DNA of 64,000 nucleotides from Alphaproteobacteria bacterium GWF2_58_20 (GCA_001768735.1 MEMB01000004.1:10168-74167); one strand, 5' to 3'; shown: positions 48,108 through 58,694, counted from the stretch's first letter. Numbers and translations are program-made. Notes: generated by a model from the sequence alone, not told the origin.

Positions 48108-50366
48108 ATGCCCTTTTCCCGGAAACATGGCCCGCTTGCAAGATTCCTGGATTGCCTCTACGGGAGGGCCTCCAGGGAAACTGAAGTCCTCATCAAGCAG
48201 ATGCTTGTGGGAACGGCTTCAACCGGCTGTTTCTGGACGGCAACCGGCGATGAAATCCTCGCTGACAATTTCGGGGTATTCTTTGGCCATCCCGACCTGC
48301 CGGAATTTGGTGCCATCCGGGAAACCCTTCTCCATGAAGGAGAAGACCTCTGGCACAACCTGGAAGGCCTTATCCGCACCGGAAACGCCTTTGAAACCAC
48401 CCTCACCACCCATGATGGCCGCATTCTGGCCTGCGAGGGACGCCCCGCCGCAGGCGGGTGCATGATCCGCCTGCGCGACCTCACGGAAAGCATCCTGGCC
48501 AGCAACCAGCTGGCCGAACGCAAGAACCTGCTCGACAGCCTGCCCGTCCCTGTCTGGCGGCGCGACCAGGCACTGGGGATCGAATGGTGCAACCGCGCCT
48601 ATGCCCATGCCGTGGGCGTGGACCAGTCTGAAGCCATTTCGAGCCAGATGGAACTGGGATCCAGCCGGGAATCCTTTGGCCGCAACATGGCGCGCAGGGC
48701 CATGGAAAAAGGTCTTGTCCAGACGGAACGCCTGCATACGGTCATCCGCGGCCAGCGCCGCCTCCTGCAAATCAGCGAAAAGCCGCTGACCGGAGAATCC
48801 GAAGCCCCCGGAACCATTGGTTTCGCCCTTGACCTGACCGATGTTGAGCAAACCCGGAGCGAACTTGAACGCCATATTGCCGCGCATGAGGATGTGCTGG
48901 AACATCTCAGCACCGCCGTGGCGATTTACGGACCGGACAAGCACCTGCAATTCTACAACAGCGCCTTTTCCCAACTCTGGCAGCTGGAGGATTCCTGGCT
49001 GGAAACCAAGCCGTCCTTTGCCGACATCCTCGAAATCCTGCGCGACCAGCGCCGCCTGCCGGAATCCGTGGATTTCCGGGCCTACAAGAACCAGTGGCTG
49101 GCCAAATTCACCGACCTCCTCCAGCCGGAGGAAAGCCTTCTCCACCTGCCAGACGGCACCACCCTGCGCGTTCTCATTGCCCCGCATCCGCTGGGCGGCC
49201 TGCTGCACATCTACGAGGATGTCACCAGCCGCATCCAGCTGGAAACCTCCTACAACACCCTGATGGCCGTGCAGCACGAAACCATCAACAACCTGGCCGA
49301 AGGCATCGCGGTGTTTGGCAGTGATGGCCGCCTCAAGCTTTCCAATTCCGCCTTTCTCCACATCTGGGAACTGACCCCGGAAGACCTGGCCGAAGAACCG
49401 CACGTCACCCAGCTCATCACCCGGATGGGAGAAGCCTTCGAAAATGGCGGCGCCTGGAACACCTTCCGGGAAACCTTCCTGAACAATGCCCTGGGACGCG
49501 GACAGGAAAGCGGACGCGCCACACTGTCCAGCGGCACGGTCCTGGAATATGCCTTCCTGCCCCTGCCGGATGGCGCCATGCTGTGCAGCTGCCTCGACAT
49601 CACCGCCGGCGCACGCGCCGAACAGGCCTTGCGCGAACGCAATGCCGCGCTCAAGGCCGCCGAACGGCTCAAGGTCGATTTTCTCGCCAACGTTTCCTAC
49701 CAGCTGCGCACCCCCCTCAACGCCATCATCGGCTTTGCGGAAATCCTGGCCAAGGCCTATTTCGGCCAACTCAATCCCCGCCAGCAGGAGTATGCGGAAG
49801 GCATCCTTGAAGGCGGACAGAAACTCTTCTCCCTCGTCAACGACATCCTGGACCTTTCTGCCATTGAAGCCGGCTACATGCGCCTCAACCTGTCGATGGT
49901 CGATGTGGAATATGTCCTGTCCACCGTGGTCAGCCTTACCGAGGAATGGGCGCGCAAGCACAACCTCATCCTTGAAATGCACTGCGCCCCGGATGTGGGC
50001 TCCATCATTGCGGACGAACAGCGCATCAAGCAGGTTTTGCTCAACCTGGTGAGCAACGCCATCCGATTCAACCGTCCCGGCGGCCAGATCATGGTCTCCG
50101 CATGGCGCGAAGGCAATGAAGCCCTGCTCAGCGTTTCCGACAATGGCTGCGGAATCGCAGAATTCCTGCACGGACAAGTCTTCGAGCCCTTTGAACGCGC
50201 CGATGGGGGCCCACAGCAGGGGGCCGGACTGGGGCTCGCCCTTGTCCACAGCTTCATTGATCTCCATGGGGGAAAGGTGGAGCTTTCCAGCCAGGTGGAT
50301 GTCGGAACCACCATCATCTGTCGCCTGCCTTTCCAAGCCATTGCCACCGGTTTCCGGGAGGATTGA
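48108..50366 (+). CDS. divL: Multi-PAS pseudokinase DivL
   Basis: NVSYQLRTPL (Tyr at the phospho-His position); several PAS domains; conserved position between ahcY and tsaE. Confidence 0.88.
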   Translation: MPFSRKHGPLARFLDCLYGRASRETEVLIKQMLVGTASTGCFWTATGDEILADNFGVFFGHPDLPEFGAIRETLLHEGEDLWHNLEGLIRTGNAFETTLTTHDGRILACEGRPAAGGCMIRLRDLTESILASNQLAERKNLLDSLPVPVWRRDQALGIEWCNRAYAHAVGVDQSEAISSQMELGSSRESFGRNMARRAMEKGLVQTERLHTVIRGQRRLLQISEKPLTGESEAPGTIGFALDLTDVEQTRSELERHIAAHEDVLEHLSTAVAIYGPDKHLQFYNSAFSQLWQLEDSWLETKPSFADILEILRDQRRLPESVDFRAYKNQWLAKFTDLLQPEESLLHLPDGTTLRVLIAPHPLGGLLHIYEDVTSRIQLETSYNTLMAVQHETINNLAEGIAVFGSDGRLKLSNSAFLHIWELTPEDLAEEPHVTQLITRMGEAFENGGAWNTFRETFLNNALGRGQESGRATLSSGTVLEYAFLPLPDGAMLCSCLDITAGARAEQALRERNAALKAAERLKVDFLANVSYQLRTPLNAIIGFAEILAKAYFGQLNPRQQEYAEGILEGGQKLFSLVNDILDLSAIEAGYMRLNLSMVDVEYVLSTVVSLTEEWARKHNLILEMHCAPDVGSIIADEQRIKQVLLNLVSNAIRFNRPGGQIMVSAWREGNEALLSVSDNGCGIAEFLHGQVFEPFERADGGPQQGAGLGLALVHSFIDLHGGKVELSSQVDVGTTIICRLPFQAIATGFRED

Positions 50367-50369
50367 TCC

Positions 50370-50852
50370 ATGACGACAAACCTGCCCCTTCCCTTTTGCC
50401 ACGATCTGGCAGACGAAGCTGCGACCATTGCCTTTGGCCGTGGTATCGCAGCGCTTCTCCGGCCCGGCGATGTTGTGGCCTTGTGGGGAGATCTTGGCGC
50501 CGGGAAAAGCTGTCTGGCCCGCGCCATCATCATGGCACGAAAGCCCGAAGAAAACGAAGCGCCCAGCCCAACCTTCACACTGGTGCAGACCTATGGCGAC
50601 ATCTGGCATTTCGACCTCTACCGCATCCGGGAAGCCGATGAGATCTATGAGCTGGGCTGGGATGAAGCCCGCGAAGACGGCATCCTCCTCATTGAATGGC
50701 CCGACCGGCTGGGAACCCTCCTGCCGGAAAACCGGCTCGATATCACCCTGACCTTTCCGTCACCCGACCGGCCCGACCGTCGCATGATCTGCCTCACCGC
50801 CTCCCCTGCATGGCTTGACCGCTGGAGCGCCTTCCGGGCCCTTGTCCCATGA
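50370..50852 (+). CDS. tsaE: t6A biosynthesis ATPase
   Basis: GDLGAGKS, PSPTFTLVQTY, HFDLYR, IEWPDR. Confidence 0.95.
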   Translation: MTTNLPLPFCHDLADEAATIAFGRGIAALLRPGDVVALWGDLGAGKSCLARAIIMARKPEENEAPSPTFTLVQTYGDIWHFDLYRIREADEIYELGWDEAREDGILLIEWPDRLGTLLPENRLDITLTFPSPDRPDRRMICLTASPAWLDRWSAFRALVP

Positions 50853-51565
50853 TGTCCATCACCACTGGCATGCTGCTGGCCGCCGGACGTGGAGAGCGCA
50901 TGCGTCCACTCACCGACACCTGCCCCAAACCGCTGCTGGAAATCTCTGGACGTTCCATGCTGGACCGGGCGCTTGACCAGATGGAGGCGGCGGGCCTCAC
51001 GCGGATTGTCGTCAATGCCTGCTACCGGGCCGGTCAGGTGGAACAGGCGCTTGCCACCCGAAACGGCCCCTGCCTTTTTTCCCGTGAAAGCGAAGCCTTG
51101 GAAACCGGGGGCGGCATTTGCAATGCCCTGCCCCTGCTGGGAGACAAACCCTTTTTTGTCATGAATGGCGACGGCGTGCTGGAAAATACCGATCCTTCCC
51201 CTTTCGCCCGGCTGGCTGCCGCATGGAATAGCGCCCGCATGGATGCCCTGCTGCTGGTGCTCCCGGTGGCAAAGGCCCATTTCTTCGGCAGCCCCGGCAA
51301 TTTCCGCCTCCTGCCGGATGGACGGCTTGTCCATGGCACACAGGAACAGCCCGCCGACATGGCCTATATCGGGCTGCAAATCCTCCACCCCCGCTTGTTC
51401 CACGGCATCGCGCCCCATGCGTTCCCCTTGCGGGAACTCTATGCCAAGGCCGCAGGCGCGGGCCGCCTTTTTGGCCTGACGCACACCGGAACATGGCTGC
51501 ATGTCGGTACACCAAAGGCTTATGCCGAGGCTCCCGCCCTCATGGAACACCTCGGAATTCCATAA
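50849..51565 (+). CDS. murU: Nucleotidyltransferase, MurU-like
   Basis: LAAGRGERMRPLT..PKPL, LETGGG, NGD, WLHVGTP. Confidence 0.8.
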   Translation: MMSITTGMLLAAGRGERMRPLTDTCPKPLLEISGRSMLDRALDQMEAAGLTRIVVNACYRAGQVEQALATRNGPCLFSRESEALETGGGICNALPLLGDKPFFVMNGDGVLENTDPSPFARLAAAWNSARMDALLLVLPVAKAHFFGSPGNFRLLPDGRLVHGTQEQPADMAYIGLQILHPRLFHGIAPHAFPLRELYAKAAGAGRLFGLTHTGTWLHVGTPKAYAEAPALMEHLGIP

Positions 51566-51592
51566 AAAAAGGGGCGGGAAAATCCCGCCTTC
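51564..51592 (-). terminator. Intrinsic terminator on the minus strand
   Basis: Minus strand reads GGCGGG-ATTTT-CCCGCC-CCTTTTTTT. Confidence 0.65.
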
Positions 51593-51860
51593 GATGTCCA
51601 TCATACCGGAATCCCCGGACGTGACATCCAGCATCATTTGTGGCGCGTCACATCGACAACAGGCATTCCGGGCACCACGTTCATCGTCGAAGGATTGCCG
51701 GAAACCACCGACATCGAAAGCCCCGTCGAACTCCCCCCGTCACGCTCCGAAACCCACGAGGCACGGGAGTATCCCCGGTATCGTAAGTGATCTTGCGAAT
51801 CCTGTACCCCTGCGCAGCCGCAGCAGCGCCTGCACCACAAAAAAGCAACTGGCATTCCCG
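51585..51860 (-). pseudogene. Frameshifted remnant paralogous to the N-terminus of the 15000-16961 protein
   Basis: GAGAAAAAQGYRIRKI versus GAGAEGLAQQKYRIRKN; after a frameshift, SRASWV...LSMSVVSGNPSTMNV versus SCSHWV...LAISAGGSDPLAMDV. Confidence 0.7.
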
Positions 51861-51999
51861 GTGTCTTTCCCTCCCGTTTTCCCGAAGCGTCCGCCTTTCG
51901 CGGGAGCGGCGGCAGCGCACACGGGGAACGCTTTTCCTCTCCCGTGGCACGCCACGATCACCTGTGGCATTTTCCCGAAAAATCGGGCATCATTTCCCC

Positions 52000-54912
52000 A
52001 TGAAGGGCGTGTTCAACATTCCTGCCGGTTGCGCGTTCGTGGACGACCTTGCCCGCGGCGTGCTGGCCCACGCCCGGGAGACAGGAATTCCCCTGCCGCA
52101 ACACCTCATCCTGCTACCCACCCGCCGGGCCGCGCGCGCCCTGCGGGAAGCCTTCCTGCGACAGTCGGACGGCCTGCCTGTCCTCCTGCCCCGCATGATG
52201 CCTGTCGGCGATGCCGATGATGCCGATATTGCCCTGTCCCCTGGCGGCGCAGGCATTCTTACCCTGCCACCCGCCATCACCCCACTGCGTCGCCAGCTCC
52301 TGCTGGCCCGCCTCGTCATGGCCCGCGAAGCCATGTCCGCCGACCAGGCCGCCCTGCTGGCACAGGCTTTGGGCGACTTTCTGGACGAGGTGCAAACCGA
52401 AGGCGCCGATCTTTCCCGCCTGAAAGAGCTTGTTCCGGAACGTTTTGCCCTGCACTGGCAAAAAACCCTCGACTTCCTCTCCATCCTGACCAGCCACTGG
52501 CCCAGGATCCTGGAACAGGAAGGTGTCATGGACATTGCTGCGCGCCGAATGCAGCTCCTGCGCATGCAGGCAGAGGCATGGCGCACCACTGCCCCCTCCC
52601 ATCCGGTCATTGCCGCCGGTATCACAGGCTCCATTCCGGATGCCGCAGCCTTGCTGGGGGTCATCGCCACCCTGCCGCAGGGAATGGTGGTTCTCCCCGG
52701 ACTGGATGCCGGGATGGATGAAGACAGCTGGCAGGCTTTGGGAGACAGCCACCCGCAGCATCCCCTGCGCACCCTGATGGAACGCCTTGGCCTTGACCGC
52801 AAAAATGTCCAGCCATGGCCAACCACCACCGCAGCCATCCCTGACCGGACACGTCTCTTGCGGGAAGTCATGCGCCCTGCCGAAACCACCGACCTCTGGC
52901 GCGCCCTGCCACAAAACCTGTCGGAAAGCCTTGGCGGCCTGCACCGCATCATTGCCGGAAATCCGCGCGAAGAAGCAGAAAACATTGCCGTCATCCTGCG
53001 CAAATGCCTTGAAACACCAGGGAAAACAGCCGCCCTCATCACGCCGGACCGTGCCTTGGCTCGGCGGGTTTCCGCCGCCCTTGGACGATGGGCCATTACC
53101 GTCAATGATTCGGCGGGCACCCCCCTTTCCCACACCCCGGTTGGCAGCTGGTTGCGCCTGACCGCCGCCATGGCCGCCAGTCCACACGACCTGCCCACCC
53201 TGTTTGCCGGACTGAAGCATCCCCTCATGGCAGCGGGCCTTGCCCCTGCCAGTGCCCGGAAACATGTTCGTGCGCTCGAAAAAACCGTACGTTCCACACT
53301 TCTGGACCATGACGATCCCCTGTCGCCCTGTGCGGATACGGAACAGGGCCTGTGGCTGGCCAATGCCCGAAGTCGCCTCGCCCCTCTGGCCAACCTTCTG
53401 GAAAATCCGGACGTCCCCGTTTCCCTCCACACGCTTCTTGCAACCCACATTTCCGTTGCCGAAGCCTTGGCCGAAGACGGCGAAAACCCTGGCTCTGCCC
53501 GCATCTGGCACCATGATGATGGCGAGGCGGCGGCCCGCTTCCTGGCTGAGCTGGATGCCGCAGCCCATGACTTTCCAGACATTCCCGCCAGCGATTACGC
53601 CGGCCTCATGGAAGGGCTCATGGCGAATGTCCCGGTGCGTCCACGCTATGACTTCCACCCGCGCCTGTTCATCTGGGGCCTCATGGAAGCCCGGTTGCAA
53701 CAGGCGGACATCCTCATCCTTGGTGGGCTCAATGAAGGCACCTGGCCAGGCGCCACCGCCACTGACCCATGGATGTCGCGCCCTTTGCGCCAGGATTTTG
53801 GCCTCCCGCCGCCCGACATCGCCATCGCTCAGGCGGCCCTGGATTTCAGCCAGGGGTTCACGGCACCGGACGTCTGGCTCTCCCGCTCCCTGCGCGCAGA
53901 AGGCTCCCCCACCCAGCCTGCCCGCTGGCTGCTCAGGCTTGATGCCGTGCTTGAAGGAACAGGTCTTCCTCCCAACTGCATTGACGATGCCGTCATCGCC
54001 AGCTGGGCCAAGGCCATGAACCAGCCGGATCATTTTGCTCCCGGAGAACGTCCCGCCCCCTGTCCGCCGGTTTCCGCCCGGCCCCGCCGCCTTTCCGTGA
54101 CAGCCATTGAAACATGGATACGCGACCCTTATGGCCTCTATGCCCGCCATGTCCTCGGCCTGCGCAAGCTTGAACCCATCAATGCCACACCTGGCGCTGC
54201 CCAGCAGGGGTCTGCCCTGCATGAGGCCCTGCACCGCTTCCTCACCCAGTACCCCGACCGCCTGCCGGATCATGCCCTGGAAGACCTGTTGGCCTTTGGA
54301 CGTGAAGCCTTTGGCCCAACCCTTGCCCGCGAGGATGTCTGGGCCTTCTGGTGGCCACGCTTTGTCGAAAACGCCAAATGGTTCCTCGCCAAACAGGACA
54401 AACGCCTGAACCAGGGCATAAAACCCTGCGCTGCGGAAGTTTCCGCCAGCATGGTGCTGGATGCGCCCGCCGGGCCTTTCACCCTGACGGCCAAGGCTGA
54501 CCGCATCGACCGGGATTCTGATGGAAACCTCATCATCATCGACTACAAGACAGGCGTGCCGCCACAGAAAAAAGCCATGGAATCCGGCCTTGCCCCCCAG
54601 CTTCCCCTTGAAGCGGCCCTGGCAGAGGCAGGGGCCTTTTCCGACATTCCCGCAGCGCCCGTGGCGCGCATGGAAATCTGGCACATGAATGGCCGCCCCA
54701 AAGACCTGGACATCAAAACCTTCGCGGCCAGCCTTGTTGCCCCGGAAATGGAACGCCTGCAAACCCGCATTGCCCACTATGATGATCCATCCACCCCCTA
54801 TGACGCCATTCCCCTGCCCGGCCGCGCACCACGCTTCAATGATTACGCCCATCTTGAGCGCACGGATGAATGGTCGGTCACGGAAAATGACGGCGGGGAG
54901 GACAGCCCATGA
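52000..54912 (+). CDS. addB: Double-strand break repair protein AddB
   Basis: LLPTRRA, TPDRALARRV, LNEGTWP, LSVTAIETWIRDPY, KADRID, IDYKTG, PQLPLE. Confidence 0.95.
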   Translation: MKGVFNIPAGCAFVDDLARGVLAHARETGIPLPQHLILLPTRRAARALREAFLRQSDGLPVLLPRMMPVGDADDADIALSPGGAGILTLPPAITPLRRQLLLARLVMAREAMSADQAALLAQALGDFLDEVQTEGADLSRLKELVPERFALHWQKTLDFLSILTSHWPRILEQEGVMDIAARRMQLLRMQAEAWRTTAPSHPVIAAGITGSIPDAAALLGVIATLPQGMVVLPGLDAGMDEDSWQALGDSHPQHPLRTLMERLGLDRKNVQPWPTTTAAIPDRTRLLREVMRPAETTDLWRALPQNLSESLGGLHRIIAGNPREEAENIAVILRKCLETPGKTAALITPDRALARRVSAALGRWAITVNDSAGTPLSHTPVGSWLRLTAAMAASPHDLPTLFAGLKHPLMAAGLAPASARKHVRALEKTVRSTLLDHDDPLSPCADTEQGLWLANARSRLAPLANLLENPDVPVSLHTLLATHISVAEALAEDGENPGSARIWHHDDGEAAARFLAELDAAAHDFPDIPASDYAGLMEGLMANVPVRPRYDFHPRLFIWGLMEARLQQADILILGGLNEGTWPGATATDPWMSRPLRQDFGLPPPDIAIAQAALDFSQGFTAPDVWLSRSLRAEGSPTQPARWLLRLDAVLEGTGLPPNCIDDAVIASWAKAMNQPDHFAPGERPAPCPPVSARPRRLSVTAIETWIRDPYGLYARHVLGLRKLEPINATPGAAQQGSALHEALHRFLTQYPDRLPDHALEDLLAFGREAFGPTLAREDVWAFWWPRFVENAKWFLAKQDKRLNQGIKPCAAEVSASMVLDAPAGPFTLTAKADRIDRDSDGNLIIIDYKTGVPPQKKAMESGLAPQLPLEAALAEAGAFSDIPAAPVARMEIWHMNGRPKDLDIKTFAASLVAPEMERLQTRIAHYDDPSTPYDAIPLPGRAPRFNDYAHLERTDEWSVTENDGGEDSP

Positions 54913-57900
54913 CCTCCGGGACGCCCAAACAATATGCGGCCGCTGATCCGCAAAGCTCTGTCTGGGTTGGAGCTTCGGCAGGCACCGGGAAAACCAAGGT
55001 CCTGACCGACCGTGTCCTGCGCCTGCTGCTCTCGGGCGTTTCCCCCGAACGCATCCTCTGCATCACCTTCACCAAGGCCGGAGCCATGGAAATGGCCTCG
55101 CGCATCAACAGGCGGCTGGCCCGCTGGGCCATCCTTGATGACCTGGCCCTTGCCGAAGAGGTTGCGGATCTTGGCGACATCCCCCCCTATGAGGCAGACA
55201 TCCGCACGGCCCGCAAGCTTTTTGCCCGCGTTCTTGACACGCCTGAAGCCCTGCGCATTGAAACCATCCATGCCTTCTGCCAGTCGGTGCTGCGGCGTTT
55301 CCCGCTGGAAGCCGGAATATCGCCCCACTTCGAGGTCCTTGACGACCTTTCAGCCGACGAAATCCTCGACAAGGCCCAGCGCGCCATGATTGCCCGCATC
55401 CGCAACGGCGGGGCTACGCCTTCCTCCACCTCCGGCTTGGCCGCCGTCAGCGCCTTTACCAACGAGGAAGGATTTTCGGACATCCTGCGCGCCTTGCTGG
55501 CCGACCGCGGACGCCTGTCGGAAACCAAGGCAAAACATGGCGGCATTGCCCACATGCGCCGCACCATGGCCAAGACCCTTGGCCTTGAGCCTTCTGCCAC
55601 TCTTGAACATGTCTCCGCCTGTCTCTGCGCAAGCGTGGATGATGCCGCCCTGAAAGCCGCCTGCACCCTTCTGGATGGCGGCTCCGATGCCGACCAGAAA
55701 CGTGCGAACGCCATCCGGGCTTGGCTGGCGGAAAAAGACCGCAGTACAAGCCTCGACGCCTATATTGCCCTTTTCCTGACCATGGAAGGCGCCGCGCGCA
55801 AAACACTGGCGACCAAGACCTGCGCTGCGGCGCTCCCTGCCCTGCAACAAGAACAGGAGCGCCTGCGCCAAGGCCTGCAGGCCCTCAAGGCGGCCCGCTG
55901 CCTGGAGGCCAGTTGCGGCCTCCTGCATCTGGCAGATGAAATCCTGCACGACTATGCCCGAACCAAAAAAGCCCGGGCATTGCTGGATTATGACGACCTC
56001 ATTCTTGCCACCCGCACCCTGCTCACCCGTTCCGGCAGCGCGGACTGGGTTCTGTTCAAGCTTGATGGCGGGTTTGACCACATCCTGGTGGATGAAGCAC
56101 AGGACACCAACCCCGACCAGTGGGAAGTCATCCGGAATCTCGCTGGCGAATATTTTGCAGGTCTGGGAGCCCGCGACAAGCCCCGTACCCTTTTTGTGGT
56201 GGGCGACATCAAGCAATCCATTTTCAGCTTCCAGAAAGCTGATCCCACCTGTTTCAACCACATGCGTGACCATTTTCGCACCCGCGCCTGCGCTGCGGAA
56301 AAACCCTGGCGGGAAATTCCCCTTGAAGAGTCCTTCCGTTCCGTTCCCGCCGTTCTGGCGGCCGTGGATGCCGTTTTTGCACAACCAGACGCCGCCAAGG
56401 GGGTTGCTGGAGACGCCCTTATCCACCACACATCCCGCCGCATGGGACAGGCCGGAAGCGCTGAGATCTGGCCGCTCCTCACCCAGAACCCGGACGAAGA
56501 CCCGGACCACCCCGGCCCGCCGCCCGCCGAACAGCTGGCCATCCGCATCGCCCAGACCATCAGGACATGGCTGGATGACGGGACTTCCCTCCCGGCCCGC
56601 GGCCGCCCCATTCTGCCCGGCGACATCCTCATCCTCGTGCGCCATCGCGGCCCCTTCTTCACCCGTGTCATCCGCGCCCTGCGCCATGCCGGTGTTCCGG
56701 TCGCCGGGGCAGACCGCATGCTGCTGGGCAGCCAGCTCCCGGTCATGGACATGCTGTCCATCATCAAGGTTCTGTTGCTGCCCGAAGACGACCTGACCCT
56801 TGCGGCCGTCCTGAAATCCGCGCCCATGGGCCTGTCCGAAGAAACCCTGTTTTCCCTCGCCCACAACCGCCAGAACAGCTCTCTCTGGGAACGCCTGGGA
56901 GCCAGCCGGTCCCCCGATGCCATGGCCGCCCGGAGCTGGCTGGAATCCCTGCGTGCCCGCGCCGATTTCATCCCGCCCTATGAAGTCCTTGAAAGCATCC
57001 TGTCCAGCCCCTGCCCCGCCGATCCTAGCGGCTGCGGACGACGTGCCTTCCTCCGCCGACTGGGATCTGAAAGCACCGATGCCCTTGATGAACTCCTTGA
57101 AAAGGCGCTGGCGTTTGAACGGTTGAACCCGCCCTCCCTGGAAGAATTCGTGCTGTGGATGGAAGGGGGGCCGTGCGAAATCAAGCGCGACATGGACGAA
57201 GGCCGGCTGAACGAAGTCCGCATCATGACCGTGCATGGATCCAAAGGCTTGCAGGCTCCCATTGTTTTCCTGCCGGACACCACCAGCCAGCCCCGTTTCA
57301 CCAACCAGCTCATCTGGACGGAAGACGGACTGCCCCTCTGGGTTCCCCCGGCCCTGCGCGACCAGGAAACCCTTGCCCCGTATATCGCTTCCCTCAAGAG
57401 CAAGGCGGACGATGAATACCGCCGCCTGCTTTATGTCGCCATGACACGCGCCGCAGACCGACTCATCATCTGCGGGGCCTCCCGCCGCGATGCAGCACCC
57501 GGATGCTGGCACAGCCTTGTCCATACGGGATTGGCAGCCATCGCTTCCCCCTTCCCCTGCGGCGATGGCCTGGAAGGCCTGCGGCTGGAAACCCCGCAAA
57601 CCGCCGCCCCAAAAACAGAATCGCCCCCACAACCGGCCGCGCCCCCTGTTCCATTGCCGGACTTCTTCAGCCAGCCTGCCCCTGAAGAACCCCGCCCGGC
57701 CCGGCCCATCGCTCCCTCCAGGCCTGCCGAGGAAGAACCCGCCTGCCTGTCGCCTCTGGCCACGGGCGAAGATGACAGCGCCAAATTCCAGCGGGGGCTC
57801 ATCATCCACAAGCTCCTGCAAACCCTGCCCGATGTGCCTCCAGAAAAGCGGAAAGACCTGTGCCGCACCTTTCTGGCAAGCCCGGCCCACGGTTTTTCTC

Positions 57901-58277
57901 CCGCCCGGGCACAGGCCATTGGCGATGAGGTTCTTGCCCTCATGGCCCGGCCCGACCTTGCCTTCCTGTTCGGAAAGGACTCCATGGCCGAAGTCCCCAT
58001 TTCCGGCCGGATTTCCGACAGCCTCGTCATCAGTGGCCAGATTGACCGCATTGCCATCACGCCAGATGCCATCTTTATTGTTGATTACAAAACCAACCGT
58101 CCCCCCGCCCGCGATCCTTCCGAAACCCCGGCGGCCTACCTGCGCCAGATGGCCGCCTATCGCGCCGCCCTGCGCAGGATTCATCCCGGCAGGCGCATCA
58201 CATGCGCCCTGCTCTGGACCAATACCTGCCACCTGATGCCCCTGCCCGATGACCTTCTGGATTCCCATGCCCCTTGA
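54909..58277 (+). CDS. addA: Helicase/nuclease AddA
   Basis: ASAGTGKTKVL, TIHAFC, LVDEAQDT, MTVHGSKGL, LYVAMTRA, GQIDR, DYKTN. Confidence 0.97.
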   Translation: MTSGTPKQYAAADPQSSVWVGASAGTGKTKVLTDRVLRLLLSGVSPERILCITFTKAGAMEMASRINRRLARWAILDDLALAEEVADLGDIPPYEADIRTARKLFARVLDTPEALRIETIHAFCQSVLRRFPLEAGISPHFEVLDDLSADEILDKAQRAMIARIRNGGATPSSTSGLAAVSAFTNEEGFSDILRALLADRGRLSETKAKHGGIAHMRRTMAKTLGLEPSATLEHVSACLCASVDDAALKAACTLLDGGSDADQKRANAIRAWLAEKDRSTSLDAYIALFLTMEGAARKTLATKTCAAALPALQQEQERLRQGLQALKAARCLEASCGLLHLADEILHDYARTKKARALLDYDDLILATRTLLTRSGSADWVLFKLDGGFDHILVDEAQDTNPDQWEVIRNLAGEYFAGLGARDKPRTLFVVGDIKQSIFSFQKADPTCFNHMRDHFRTRACAAEKPWREIPLEESFRSVPAVLAAVDAVFAQPDAAKGVAGDALIHHTSRRMGQAGSAEIWPLLTQNPDEDPDHPGPPPAEQLAIRIAQTIRTWLDDGTSLPARGRPILPGDILILVRHRGPFFTRVIRALRHAGVPVAGADRMLLGSQLPVMDMLSIIKVLLLPEDDLTLAAVLKSAPMGLSEETLFSLAHNRQNSSLWERLGASRSPDAMAARSWLESLRARADFIPPYEVLESILSSPCPADPSGCGRRAFLRRLGSESTDALDELLEKALAFERLNPPSLEEFVLWMEGGPCEIKRDMDEGRLNEVRIMTVHGSKGLQAPIVFLPDTTSQPRFTNQLIWTEDGLPLWVPPALRDQETLAPYIASLKSKADDEYRRLLYVAMTRAADRLIICGASRRDAAPGCWHSLVHTGLAAIASPFPCGDGLEGLRLETPQTAAPKTESPPQPAAPPVPLPDFFSQPAPEEPRPARPIAPSRPAEEEPACLSPLATGEDDSAKFQRGLIIHKLLQTLPDVPPEKRKDLCRTFLASPAHGFSPARAQAIGDEVLALMARPDLAFLFGKDSMAEVPISGRISDSLVISGQIDRIAITPDAIFIVDYKTNRPPARDPSETPAAYLRQMAAYRAALRRIHPGRRITCALLWTNTCHLMPLPDDLLDSHAP

Positions 58278-58301
58278 ACTTGGGCGCAAGGCATCCTACA
58301 T
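58273..58301 (+). promoter_or_regulatory. RpoH (sigma32)-like promoter for trxA
   Basis: CTTGAA-N16-CCTACAT, close to the alphaproteobacterial RpoH consensus. Confidence 0.5.
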
Positions 58302-58346
58302 TTAACATATCTGCAACGTTCGGTCCCAATGGAAAGGAATTCCCCC

Positions 58347-58670
58347 ATGACCTGCATCCACGCAAATGACACCACCTTTGAAGCTGAAGTCCTCAAGGCT
58401 TCAGGCCCGGTCCTGGTTGATTTCTGGGCGGAATGGTGCGGCCCCTGCCGCATGGTTGGCCCCATCCTTGAAGAAATTGCCACGGAAAAGGCCGGCAAGC
58501 TCAAGGTGGTCAAGATCAACATTGATGAAAGCCCGCTCACGCCAGACAAGTATGGGGTGCGCGGCATTCCCACCCTGATGGTGTTCAAGGACGGCAAAAT
58601 TGTGGAAACCAAGGTGGGGGCCATGGCCAAAAGCGCCCTCTCCGCATGGATTGATGGCATCACCGGCTGA
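58347..58670 (+). CDS. trxA: Thioredoxin
   Basis: DFWAEWCGPC, RGIPTL. Confidence 0.97.
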   Translation: MTCIHANDTTFEAEVLKASGPVLVDFWAEWCGPCRMVGPILEEIATEKAGKLKVVKINIDESPLTPDKYGVRGIPTLMVFKDGKIVETKVGAMAKSALSAWIDGITG

Positions 58671-58694
58671 TACTGGAGCCTTTGTCCACACATG

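Noticed and set aside
48108-50366. Histidine kinase with Tyr in place of the phospho-His
   Set aside because: This is the known hallmark of DivL, in its usual gene context
51860-51975. Hairpins and a minus-strand CCGC-GAAA-GGCGGACGC segment resembling a c-di-GMP-I riboswitch
   Set aside because: The GGCAAA and GCAAA conserved elements are missing; it would need an Infernal/Rfam hit
48219-58289. Very long antisense ORFs (48219-50609, 52114-54852, 55350-58289; also 28451-30604 and 61229-63019)
   Set aside because: Shadows of real genes in GC-rich DNA with biased codon usage; no recognisable motifs
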